Assembly: GCA_013166775.1 (NCBI GenBank)
Contig: JABLTJ010000005.1
Location: 67,993 to 131,992 of the forward strand
Direction: 5' to 3'
DNA: 64,000 nt
Source: Promethearchaeati archaeon
GTDB taxonomy: Archaea > Asgardarchaeota > Heimdallarchaeia > Heimdallarchaeales > Heimdallarchaeaceae
Shown: in pieces, positions 10,606 through 32,274 of the stretch
Position numbering within the stretch: position 1 is the stretch's first letter
Layout: every line of letters starts with the position of its first letter
Notes under the pieces: generated by a model
Told to the model about the DNA's origin: nothing
Seen by the model: the letters and a program-made list of their open reading frames with translations, nothing else
Database searches by the model: none
Translations under genes and position numbers: made by a program

Positions 10606-11220
10606 ATGTTTCCACATTCTCCACAATCATCAGTCCCACCTGATAAACTCGTTCAACAATTAATTATGCAAGCTCTTCAGGCCTTCTATATTCAAGACTA
10701 TGAAACAGCGGTTTATTTTCTTGAACAAATAAAAACTAACTTACCACGTTATATGTACCAGCTCAATCCACAGAACAGAGCACTTTGTAAAGAAATAGTA
10801 AAAATGCTTCAAGACGGTAGTTTAGTACCTGATCGTTCAGAGTCATCTGTTGCTCAAGCTGCAGAAGATACACATCCTGGTTTAAGCGGAATGTCTTCTG
10901 AAGTTGATTTGATTTCAGAACCAGAGATTTCTTCTGAAGATACTGAAACTTTTGAAATAACAATTGCTGATACCCCTGCACATTCTGAACCAAGAGAGCA
11001 ACAATATGTGCCTCCTTCTTCAGAACCAACTCCTTTAGTTGAGCAACCTTCTATTGATCAAGTTGTAGATCCGGATGATATGCAACAGGATCCAACAATG
11101 CCAACTGAATTTATCTCAGAATTATCTTCCGCAGTGAATAAGGTTAGGGATAAGAAAAAGAAAAAATCTAAAGGCGAATTAACAGGATCCATGGACGAGT
11201 TAGAGGATTTTGATTTCTAG
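10606..11220 (+). CDS. Hypothetical protein (helical N-terminus, Pro/Glu/Ser-rich linker, basic then acidic C-terminus)
   Basis: 204-aa ATG ORF filling the gap between opposite-strand genes. Confidence 0.7.
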   Translation: MFPHSPQSSVPPDKLVQQLIMQALQAFYIQDYETAVYFLEQIKTNLPRYMYQLNPQNRALCKEIVKMLQDGSLVPDRSESSVAQAAEDTHPGLSGMSSEVDLISEPEISSEDTETFEITIADTPAHSEPREQQYVPPSSEPTPLVEQPSIDQVVDPDDMQQDPTMPTEFISELSSAVNKVRDKKKKKSKGELTGSMDELEDFDF

Positions 11221-11224
11221 TAGA

Positions 11225-11734
11225 TTATGAAATTTTGACTCCCTCTTGCGATCTATCTCTTACTTTTGACCAATCTTGCTCTATTATGTTTTTCACGATA
11301 AATTCAACATCCTTTATTGTTTCTTTTAGTTTCTCTTTCAATATTTCTTGAGGGATAGCTGAATAAAGATGACGTAATCCACCGTGAGGTAACATTTCTT
11401 GTTCCTTGTTTACAAGTCCCTGTTTCATTAGGTTTTGAACTAGCCTGACTGCTGTTGTTCGATCTCTTTTAATTCTAGTTGCAATATCTTTAATAGTTCT
11501 TTTCTGAGATAATGTGTAAAAGTAAATATGAATATGTAGCGGCTTTAAACCAAAGACAAATTCGAAAATTGGGCATATACAGAAATCGCACTCCCAATCC
11601 TCACAAGCACAGTTTTTTAAACCAAGCATTTCAAGTTCTTTTTCTCTTTCTCCCACTTTTTTATGAAAATTATCTGGCAAATCAATTAAGCAACGGTACA
11701 TATGATCTCTTAGGTGTGTATCTTTCATGCACAC
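11225..11734 (-). CDS. Winged-helix transcriptional regulator (TrmB/COG3355-like), Cys-rich N-terminus
   Basis: FGLKP..HTH RDRTTAVRLVQNL..GLV..GG...Y; CACEDWECDFCIC. Confidence 0.8.
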   Translation of the reverse strand: MCMKDTHLRDHMYRCLIDLPDNFHKKVGEREKELEMLGLKNCACEDWECDFCICPIFEFVFGLKPLHIHIYFYTLSQKRTIKDIATRIKRDRTTAVRLVQNLMKQGLVNKEQEMLPHGGLRHLYSAIPQEILKEKLKETIKDVEFIVKNIIEQDWSKVRDRSQEGVKIS

Positions 11735-11789
11735 TTAAATATTCTGTTCTTACAATATTGAAGAAAAACTCTGTTTTATGAGATCTTGG

Positions 11790-12191
11790 CTACTCTGGCA
11801 TGCTTTCCCAATCTTGATTAACTAAATTGTTTACCGCCGATTCAACTTCTTTGACAGTTCTTTGTAGCCTGTTCTTTATTTGTTCTTGAGGAATTCCACT
11901 ATAGGTATTTCTTATTCCTCCATATGGGAGCCCCTCAGTATCTTTGTTAAGTATTCCCTGCATTTCCATACTTTGCAGAAGTCTAACTGTAGTTGTTCTA
12001 TCGCGATTAACATGTGAGGAGATTTCTTTGATAGTTTTTTTTTGTTTTAAAATGTAAAAATAGATCTTAACGTGAATAGGCTTTAAACCAAACAAACATT
12101 CAAAAATATCGCACCGTCCTCCCTTTTGAATTACTCCTGGAAGATTAACCAAACATTTCTTCATATCTATGTGTGGGATAAATTTAAACAT
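11790..12191 (-). CDS. Winged-helix transcriptional regulator (TrmB/COG3355-like), paralog of the adjacent gene
   Basis: CLFGLKP..RDRTTTVRLLQSM..GGIRNTY. Confidence 0.8.
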   Translation of the reverse strand: MFKFIPHIDMKKCLVNLPGVIQKGGRCDIFECLFGLKPIHVKIYFYILKQKKTIKEISSHVNRDRTTTVRLLQSMEMQGILNKDTEGLPYGGIRNTYSGIPQEQIKNRLQRTVKEVESAVNNLVNQDWESMPE

Positions 12192-12290
12192 AGATAAGTT
12201 TTATTGTATATAGTTTTGTCTGATAGAAAGTTTAAAAAGGGGGTATGTGCATATTTTATACACAGCCTACACGGACATAGGTGTTATAGA

Positions 12291-12728
12291 ATGGACGATG
12301 AATTAGAACGAATTAGAAAAGAAAAGCTTACTAAATTGATGAATGACGATGTTCCTGTAGTAGGAACTTTTCCTATTGCTGAATTAACTGAGCTTGATGA
12401 GCAAACATTTGAAGGTTTTGTTGGTCAATCGGGAATAGTTGTTATTGATTTATGGGCAGCCTGGTGTGCTCCTTGCCGAACCATGGAACCAATAATGAAG
12501 CAATTAGCTAAAGAATGGTCAGGTCAAGTATTATTTGGAAAATTGAACATAGATCAATATCCCAGAATTGCAATGAAATACCAAGTTTCTTCTATTCCAA
12601 ATTTCCTAGTATTTCAAGATGGTAAATATCTGGGAAATGTTGTTGGTGCAGTAGGAAAGAAACCTTTTGATAAATTGTTTAAACAAATAGTTTCTGGTGA
12701 GTTAAATAAAAGAGAAGGTTATACCTAA
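12291..12728 (+). CDS. trxA: Thioredoxin
   Basis: WAAWCAPC active site, SIP motif, archaeal MDDELERIR leader (ATG 12291). Confidence 0.92.
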   Translation: MDDELERIRKEKLTKLMNDDVPVVGTFPIAELTELDEQTFEGFVGQSGIVVIDLWAAWCAPCRTMEPIMKQLAKEWSGQVLFGKLNIDQYPRIAMKYQVSSIPNFLVFQDGKYLGNVVGAVGKKPFDKLFKQIVSGELNKREGYT

Positions 12729-12740
12729 CTCTTTAGTTAT

Positions 12741-17355
<4,615 letters not shown>

Positions 17356-17628
17356 TTATATTGTAGTCTGAAATTTTAGGACCAGAACTCCTTGGTTTTA
17401 CGATTTAAGTCGGGATATTTTTCAAACTTTAACTGCTAAAAAAATAATAAGTTTATCATTTAAAAATAAATTGGTATGCACGATAATGAGCACTAAAACG
17501 ATGAGAAATAAGACATTCTTACATTTAATTAATCAAAAAGTTTAGTAAAAGGTGAAAAATAAACAAATTAAGGTATAATATAAGCGCTTTTTCTATAGAT
17601 AAAGCAGAAGTTCTTTCTATGTAAAAAA

Positions 17629-18954
<1,326 letters not shown>

Positions 18955-19098
18955 TCACTTAAAAAAGGCATTGTTCATTGACAATTTTACATCCAATGAA
19001 ACAATTTACTTTTATGTAAATATATATAGTTTATATAAAACAGAAACATTTTTGGATGTAACAATAAGTAAATAACATACACATCTTCCGTGAAAAAA

Positions 19099-19746
19099 AT
19101 GAGTGAATTCGTTCCGCAACCCTTAATCCAACTGTACATTGTTGATATTGTTGAAGGTAGATTAGAAAAAGAAGGCGATGAACAATATAGATGGGTTCTA
19201 TTCACCAGAAATGGGGAGAAAGTTTACAAAATCAGAATCAATGGTACAGTAGTCACAAAATATTATAGCGAGGGGAATCAAGAAAAAAAAACTTACTCTA
19301 ACTTCACATTAGACGATGGGTCAGATACTATTAGAGTAAAAGCGTGGGAAGAACAAGCCGAAATTCTAAGAGGGTTTGAAATAGGAGATGAAGTAGAAGT
19401 AATGGGAAGACCAAGACAAAGCGATGATGAGATCTATCTCCTCCCAGAAGAAGTTCTAAAAATAGATGACTTCAATAAATCTTTATACTTGCGAGCAAAG
19501 AAAATAAAAAGATATGCGAAAAAGAACTATGAACTTCCAACAGAAGAGCAAACGATCAAGGCTCATGATATGGCACAAATGGAGTTAGTATGGTCAATAA
19601 TTATGGAAACTGAGGAAGGAATAGAACTTGAAGAAATAGTAACAAAATCAAAACTAGATAAAGCGATTGTAGAATCAGTTATTCAAGAATTAATTAAGAA
19701 AGGTGATATCTACGAACCAACCTCTTTGAAATTTAGAAAAATATAA
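19099..19746 (+). CDS. RPA32-like OB-fold ssDNA-binding protein with C-terminal winged helix
   Basis: KIRINGTVV..FTLDDGSDTIRVKAW; C-terminal ELIKKGDIYEP. Confidence 0.8.
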   Translation: MSEFVPQPLIQLYIVDIVEGRLEKEGDEQYRWVLFTRNGEKVYKIRINGTVVTKYYSEGNQEKKTYSNFTLDDGSDTIRVKAWEEQAEILRGFEIGDEVEVMGRPRQSDDEIYLLPEEVLKIDDFNKSLYLRAKKIKRYAKKNYELPTEEQTIKAHDMAQMELVWSIIMETEEGIELEEIVTKSKLDKAIVESVIQELIKKGDIYEPTSLKFRKI

Positions 19747-19756
19747 ACTAGCCTGT

Positions 19757-20146
<390 letters not shown>

Positions 20147-20212
20147 CTAATTTTTAAGTTTTATGATAAAAAGAATTGGATAATGTTTAAGAACAATGTG
20201 TATCTATATTAA

Positions 20213-20638
<426 letters not shown>

Positions 20639-20662
20639 GCAAGATCAAAAAAATAGACTAGA

Positions 20663-21187
20663 TTGATTACAATGGTTAAAGCCATAGTATTATACAATTC
20701 TCGTGGTGGTAACACAAAGCAAGTAGCAATGAAAATTGCTGAAGGTTTAGGAGTTGAATGTAGAAACAATAAAAAGATTCCTGATTTAAAGGAATATGAT
20801 TTAATTGTTGTTGGTTCCTGGGTCATAATGGGTCGAATCAGTTTTGCTGGTGCAAGATTCTTGAGAAAACTTAGACGAAAAAGTATAGAAGGTAAAAAAA
20901 TTAGCTTATTCTTTACAAGCGGTGGTCCAGATGAAATTCATCCATTCACTGAAAGGAAAGGAAATCCAAGAAAGATTAAAGAAATCATGTTTGAAACAAT
21001 GGAAGAAATCTTGAACAAGAAGAATCTGGTTACTATCCTACCTGATCGTTATTACTGCAAAGGAGCAATTAGATTGACTAAACATGGTGAAGTAAAAGAC
21101 AATGTTGGTCATCCTACAGAAGAAGAATTAGCTCAAGCTAAGACATTTGGAGAGCAATTAAAAAAACAGTTTGAAACTTCTGGTTAA
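20663..21187 (+). CDS. Flavodoxin family protein
   Basis: YNSRGGNTKQVA, YDLIVVGS, GHPTEEEL. Confidence 0.85.
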   Translation: MITMVKAIVLYNSRGGNTKQVAMKIAEGLGVECRNNKKIPDLKEYDLIVVGSWVIMGRISFAGARFLRKLRRKSIEGKKISLFFTSGGPDEIHPFTERKGNPRKIKEIMFETMEEILNKKNLVTILPDRYYCKGAIRLTKHGEVKDNVGHPTEEELAQAKTFGEQLKKQFETSG

Positions 21188-21204
21188 CGTAAAGAACCTA
21201 GCAA

Positions 21205-21329
<125 letters not shown>

Positions 21330-21342
21330 TTCCCGACCATCT

Positions 21343-21381
<39 letters not shown>

Positions 21382-21454
21382 GAATAGGATAGATTTTGTT
21401 TTTGAATGTTACTATTGGGGAGAAATGATATTCTGATTTAAACTGAAATAAGTC

Positions 21455-21466
21455 GAAATGTTTAAA
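21455..21466 (+). promoter_or_regulatory. BRE/TATA promoter of tRNA-Ser
   Basis: GAAATG-TTTAAA about 35 nt upstream of the tRNA; the palindromic TATA could also serve the divergent 5S gene. Confidence 0.5.
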
Positions 21467-21499
21467 TTTGAATTCTAGTGCAAGAAACAAGAAAATAGC

Positions 21500-21582
<83 letters not shown>

Positions 21583-21623
21583 TAGTTTTTTTCTCCACAA
21601 ATCTCCAAATTTAAAAAGACTAA

Positions 21624-25052
<3,429 letters not shown>

Positions 25053-25204
25053 TTTTACCCTAGATTTGCTTAATATCAAATTTTAAAGAAAATTGTTGCT
25101 CAACTACTCACGATAAACCTTAAGAATTACTAGTTTTGATTATCAATATCGCGATTGCTATTCCCTTCTAGGGATAGCAAGAAAGATAATAGAAACAATC
25201 CTAA

Positions 25205-27130
<1,926 letters not shown>

Positions 27131-27131
<1 letters not shown>

Positions 27132-27445
27132 TGTTTGATCAATTACATCTACTGATTCTTGGAATTATCTTGTTCTGTGTAGGATTATACGCATTACTTG
27201 GTAAAAGAAACGTGATAAAGATTCTAATGGGAATCGAAATAATGACAATAGCAGTAAATGTCGTCTTTATTGCACTCGGTGCAAACATTACAAATGGAAC
27301 ATTTACACGATTTGCTCAAATCTTCCCATTGTTATCTATAGCCATAGGCGCCGCTGTTTTAGCAGTAGGTTTAGCAATAGTCATCAATAACTATCGCCAT
27401 GCGAAGAGCGTGGATAGTGATGAAATGGCTACATTAAAGAGGTGA
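27131..27445 (+). CDS. NuoK/MrpC-like membrane subunit
   Basis: KRNVIKILMGIEIM, AVLAVGLAI. Confidence 0.88.
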
Positions 27446-27450
27446 AAAAA

Positions 27451-29304
27451 ATGGTAAACATATTAATACTATTAAGCATAGCAGTTTTAGCTCCAATCGT
27501 TGGTGCTTTTCTGTCATTGCTCTTAAAGAAATGGCCATACATAAGAGACATCTTTAGTGTTCTACCCATTGCAATTTCAGCTATAATGTCAGTTATAGTT
27601 TTTGCATCTTTCGACGGTACTGCAACCGATTATACATTTGCATGGGCAGATTGGCTATCAGGTAGTCTACAATCAGGATTCCATCTTGATGCTTTATCAG
27701 GATTGATGATACTAATTGTTTCTATACTAAGTATGCTAATTGCGTTCTTCTCAATAGAATATATGAAAGAAGATGAAAACAAAGTAAGATATTGGTTCTT
27801 CATGCAGTTATTTGTAGGAGGAATGCTTCTACTTGTACTTGCAGCAGATATGATACTTCTATTCGCTGGTTGGGAAATTGTTGGTCTTTGTTCTTGTTTC
27901 CTCATAGGTCATTACTTTATGAAGAAAGGAGAAGAAGGAAGCAAACCTGCAAAAAGTGGAATAAAAGCTTTGATCATGACTGGTATTGGAGACGTTGGTT
28001 TCTTAGCTTTCTTATCATGGGCTTACTACTTGAATACTCAAGCAGCTGTAGCTAATCCATTGCTTATAACAACTTCAGTTCTAGCACCATATCCAGTATT
28101 TATGGGTATCCTGCTTCTATTAGCTCCAGTATCTAAATCAGCTCAGTTTCCATTACAATCTTGGTTGAGCTCGGGTGATACTGTAGATATAGACGCAATG
28201 CAAGGTCCAACAACAGTTTCAGCACTAATACACGCTGCAACAATGGTTAAGGCAGGTGTTTATCTTGTTGCAAGATTTTCACCCTATTGGGGTGGTGAAG
28301 TATTCTACATCATTCTGATGGTACTAGCTGGAATATCATGTGTTGGTGCAGCATTTGGTGCATTAGTAACAACTGATTTGAAGAGAGTATTAGCTTATAG
28401 TACAATTTCACAACTGAGTTACATGTTCTTAGCTTTCACAATAAGAGGAATTAATGATGGTCTTATTGCAGGACAACTACATCTGTTATCTCATTCAATC
28501 TTCAAAGCTCTCCTGTTCTTGTCTGCTGGTGCAGTAATTCACTCAGTAGCTAGTGAACGAGATATAAAGAAGATGGGTGGATTGAGAAAAGAACTACCAT
28601 GGACTTATGGATTCATGCTCGTAGGTGTTCTTGGTTTAATTGGAATTCCTATATTGACAAACGGTGGATATTCAAAAGAATCAATCATAAGAGCTGCATA
28701 TGTTGGCATTACTGGCACTAAAGTCGTTGATGCACAGCCAATGTATTGGTTTGTTCTTATAATTGCAATATTAACAGCTTTCTTGACAGCATTGTATGCC
28801 TCAAGAATGTTCTTTATGATATTCCACGGTAAAAATAGAGGAGTTAAAGTACATAAACCAAAGTACGTTATGAGAATAACCATAGGCATTCTAGCAGTAT
28901 TAGTATTTGCAACCGGCTTCATTCTTGAAGGTCCTGTTCATAATCTCATAACAGGTCATTATGGAGGATACAAGTTGATACCTACAGATACTGGTGGAAT
29001 AGTTGCTTTAGTCAGTTCAATAATAGTTATTATACTAGGTATTGGATCGGCGTACTTGCTCTATGGTAAAGGACAAACAGAAGTTGCTTTTGTTGAGAAC
29101 ATCAAGATTTTCAAGTCTTTACGAAACTTTGTAGCAAATGGTTTCTATATGGATCATTTGTATAACATAGTGTTTGTGAAACCAGTGTTCTGGATTGGAA
29201 AACAAATTTCATACCTTAAGACTGGAAAGATAACTTGGAATATGATACTAGGTTCAGTAGTAGCAATAGCTACTATTGTTGTTTTAGTGGTGGTGATTGT
29301 CTAA
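27451..29304 (+). CDS. NuoL-like proton-translocating antiporter subunit
   Basis: GWEIVGLCS, KSAQFPL, AMQGPTTVSALIHAATMV, LAYSTISQL. Confidence 0.92.
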   Translation: MVNILILLSIAVLAPIVGAFLSLLLKKWPYIRDIFSVLPIAISAIMSVIVFASFDGTATDYTFAWADWLSGSLQSGFHLDALSGLMILIVSILSMLIAFFSIEYMKEDENKVRYWFFMQLFVGGMLLLVLAADMILLFAGWEIVGLCSCFLIGHYFMKKGEEGSKPAKSGIKALIMTGIGDVGFLAFLSWAYYLNTQAAVANPLLITTSVLAPYPVFMGILLLLAPVSKSAQFPLQSWLSSGDTVDIDAMQGPTTVSALIHAATMVKAGVYLVARFSPYWGGEVFYIILMVLAGISCVGAAFGALVTTDLKRVLAYSTISQLSYMFLAFTIRGINDGLIAGQLHLLSHSIFKALLFLSAGAVIHSVASERDIKKMGGLRKELPWTYGFMLVGVLGLIGIPILTNGGYSKESIIRAAYVGITGTKVVDAQPMYWFVLIIAILTAFLTALYASRMFFMIFHGKNRGVKVHKPKYVMRITIGILAVLVFATGFILEGPVHNLITGHYGGYKLIPTDTGGIVALVSSIIVIILGIGSAYLLYGKGQTEVAFVENIKIFKSLRNFVANGFYMDHLYNIVFVKPVFWIGKQISYLKTGKITWNMILGSVVAIATIVVLVVVIV

Positions 29305-30782
29305 TGGCACTCGATACTTATCTATCTCTGATTATGCTTGTACCAATTGTTGGTGCTGGTTTGATTGTTTTGATACAACAGCTGAAGAAATACTTAGCGA
29401 AAATTAAGATATGTGCTGATTGCGTGAATCATGCTCTTGCTAATATCGTAGCTCTAGGTGTTTTCTTGCTTGGAATAATCTCTGTATTCTCTGATAATTG
29501 GAGAATATATCTAGGTCTAAACAGTGGATCGTTGATGGAATATGGAATGATACAAGCTGTAATGGTGACTATATTTAGTTTCCTTGTTTGGATGGCTGTA
29601 TTATTCAGTGTTAGTTACATGAAAGGTAAAGAAGGCTTAGGATATTACTATGCACTGATCCTAACATTACTTACTGGTTTAAGTGCAGTAACCATGGCAA
29701 ATAATTTCATAACCTTATTCATAGGTTGGGAAATGTTTGCATTAAGTGCTTATGTACTTGTTGCCTTTGACAGAGTAAAGAGAGGCGCAGTAGAAGCTTC
29801 GTTGAAATACTTCATCATGTCAACAGCAGGAAGCATGTTAGTTTTACTAGCTACAGCATTAACATATGGTTACTTCGGTTCAGTGAGTTATGCTGTTCTT
29901 GGAACATTTGTAGCAATAAATAGCAAAGTAGTTGGATTAATCGTAGCATTATTCATAACAGGTTTTGCAGTAACTGCAGCAATGTTGTTCTTGAATGCAT
30001 GGCTACCAGATGCCCACAGCTCAGCTCCATCAACAATTTCAGCTTTGCTTTCTGGAATTGTAGTTAAAGCTGGTGCTTTTGGTATGTACAGAACACTCCA
30101 CTCAGCTTACCCAGACTTCGTAGCTGCAGGAGTGGTTCTCTCTTGGCTAGGTATCTTAACCATGATTGAAGGAAACTTCTTAGTATTCTCTCAATTCAGG
30201 AGAAAAGATATTGTAGATTTCAAGAGAATATTGGCATACTCTACAACAGTGCATCTTGGTTACATAATCCTAGGTATAGGAACAAACACCATGTTAGGCG
30301 TCCAAGCATCAGTATTCCATATACTAACACATTCCATAGGTAAAGGATCTCTGTTTTTGCTCAGCGGAACATTGATTGCAGCTGTTGGTTCTAGAGACAT
30401 ACGTGATATGACAGGAATAGGAAGAAGATCACCATTCATTGGTATCATTCTAACAATAGGACTTCTATCACTAGGAGGTATTCCAATAACCGCTGGTTTT
30501 ATATCAAAACTGATGGTTGTCTTAGCAACTTTCAACGGTGCTGGACCAATTGGTAACAGTATTGCACTTGTTATATTTGCTATAATTAACTCTCTGCTAG
30601 CATTGGGTGGTTATCTATACATACTCAAGATTATGTTATTTGATGAACCAGTTGCTAAAGCAGATGAGAAAGTGAAAATACCTATATTCCAAATGGTGTC
30701 TCTAACAATCCTAGCAGTTGTAATTTTACTATTTGGTTTCTGGCCAAATGGAATATTACAAGCAATAGTTGGTATAGTATAA
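29304..30782 (+). CDS. NuoN/M (MrpD-like) antiporter subunit
   Basis: WEMFALSAY, EASLKY, WLPDAH..AP..ISALLSG, KRILAYST. Confidence 0.9.
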   Translation: MALDTYLSLIMLVPIVGAGLIVLIQQLKKYLAKIKICADCVNHALANIVALGVFLLGIISVFSDNWRIYLGLNSGSLMEYGMIQAVMVTIFSFLVWMAVLFSVSYMKGKEGLGYYYALILTLLTGLSAVTMANNFITLFIGWEMFALSAYVLVAFDRVKRGAVEASLKYFIMSTAGSMLVLLATALTYGYFGSVSYAVLGTFVAINSKVVGLIVALFITGFAVTAAMLFLNAWLPDAHSSAPSTISALLSGIVVKAGAFGMYRTLHSAYPDFVAAGVVLSWLGILTMIEGNFLVFSQFRRKDIVDFKRILAYSTTVHLGYIILGIGTNTMLGVQASVFHILTHSIGKGSLFLLSGTLIAAVGSRDIRDMTGIGRRSPFIGIILTIGLLSLGGIPITAGFISKLMVVLATFNGAGPIGNSIALVIFAIINSLLALGGYLYILKIMLFDEPVAKADEKVKIPIFQMVSLTILAVVILLFGFWPNGILQAIVGIV

Positions 30783-30792
30783 AAAACCCAAC

Positions 30793-30820
30793 CTTTTTCT
30801 TTTTTCTTTTTTCTTTTCTT
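30793..30820 (+). terminator. Oligo-T terminator of the hydrogenase membrane operon
   Basis: Long T-rich run directly after the stop at 30782. Confidence 0.55.
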
Positions 30821-30902
30821 GATTATTATCTCAAAAAAATGAAGGAAAGCGTTATGTTCATTTTGAGTTTTTCAAGAGATTTTTAAATCTCTATACATTC
30901 TT

Positions 30903-31280
30903 GTGCTTATGATACTTGAAATAATTGACGGGATTTTCGTAATTAGTGCAGGTATAATAACGCTCATTTTGTGGATTGTTGTGTTAATAAAAAGACTGGA
31001 ATACAAATTCATTGAGAAGCCATTTGAAAGGTTATTTCATATTGTTGCTGAATTTGTTATGTCTATAATAGCAATAATAAGTGGGATAGCTTTGTTGTTT
31101 CAACAAACTTGGGGACTTCCCTTACTTTTCTTAGCAATGGGTTTAATTTTATATGCTTTAATTAATGCAATTGGAATTTATGGGGAGAAAAAGTATAAAC
31201 TTCTAGTAATAATTCTAATTTTATCTACGATGATTACAATCATTCTAATAGCAATTTCTCTTGCTCTATTAGTTTTTTAA
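30903..31280 (+). CDS. Hypothetical 4-TM membrane protein
   Basis: Hydrophobic ORF containing FHIVAE. Confidence 0.7.
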   Translation: MLMILEIIDGIFVISAGIITLILWIVVLIKRLEYKFIEKPFERLFHIVAEFVMSIIAIISGIALLFQQTWGLPLLFLAMGLILYALINAIGIYGEKKYKLLVIILILSTMITIILIAISLALLVF

Positions 31281-31319
31281 AATAAATAAAAGTAAAAAAA
31301 ATAAAGAAAAGAAAAGCAA

Positions 31320-31799
31320 TTATTCCGCTGGAATTTCTTTTTCCTCTATTCCTAGAAGATCTCCTTTCAGTTTTCCAAGTAAAGTAGCAACAGCTGCTAC
31401 AATGTTCTCTGGTCTAGGTGGACATCCATAGACCCATGCATCGATAGGTAAAACGTAATCAATTCCACCCAAAATAAAAGGACATTCTTGGAAAACTCCT
31501 CCTGACGAACAACAATTACCTACAGCTACTACGAACTTTGGTAAAGGCATCTGTTCATAAACTCTTTTTACTCTCTCTGCAACTTGAAGAGTAACAGGTC
31601 CTGTTATTACAAGAACATCTGCTTGTCGAGGAGTACCTCTAAGAGTAATTCCGTATTGTTCAAGATCGTGTCTTGGTGTTAGTGCATCTACAATTTCAAT
31701 GTCACAACCATTGCATCCGCCTGCATTCATGTGAATGATCCAGGGGGATTTAAGAGCACAGTTTACTCCAAATTTCTTTAACCAACCCATTTTTCTCAA
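31320..31799 (-). CDS. Group 4 [NiFe]-hydrogenase small subunit (NuoB-like)
   Basis: GGCNGCDIE, VAVGNC..SGG, GCPPRP. Confidence 0.93.
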   Translation of the reverse strand: MRKMGWLKKFGVNCALKSPWIIHMNAGGCNGCDIEIVDALTPRHDLEQYGITLRGTPRQADVLVITGPVTLQVAERVKRVYEQMPLPKFVVAVGNCCSSGGVFQECPFILGGIDYVLPIDAWVYGCPPRPENIVAAVATLLGKLKGDLLGIEEKEIPAE

Positions 31800-32269
31800 C
31801 CCCTAAACTCCTCAAGATATTTGAGTTTCTTTCCGCCTTCATCAATAAGTTCCGCTAGCTTCTTATCAGCTTTTTCTCCTTTGAAACTTCCTTTTGCACA
31901 AATCATCTCATAATCTTGTCTATTATTGAATGAGAAAAGAGAATTTGACAAAGCTGGTTCTCTATCTATATGGATTGCATCCTTTGGACAATATGTCTGG
32001 CAATGACCACACCACATACATTGAGCTCTTTGTAGCCAAATCATTCCATTATCTTTATCGTCCTTCTCGATTTCTATACAATGAGTTGGGCAAACATTGA
32101 CACAAGTTCCACACATGATACATCTGTCTTCTATTATCCTTGGTATGGTTCGAATATCTTCGGGAGGTGGGTGATCTCCTATTCTCTTGAGAACATGTTT
32201 TGTTACTGGTCCTTTAGCTTGATTCTTTAAGGCTTCTCCGCCCATTACTAGTACTTTTTTCATCTTCAT
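31796..32269 (-). CDS. 2x[4Fe-4S] ferredoxin subunit (NuoI-like)
   Basis: CIMCGTCVNVCP and CMWCGHCQTYCP. Confidence 0.9.
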   Translation of the reverse strand: MKMKKVLVMGGEALKNQAKGPVTKHVLKRIGDHPPPEDIRTIPRIIEDRCIMCGTCVNVCPTHCIEIEKDDKDNGMIWLQRAQCMWCGHCQTYCPKDAIHIDREPALSNSLFSFNNRQDYEMICAKGSFKGEKADKKLAELIDEGGKKLKYLEEFRG

Positions 32270-32274
32270 TCACC

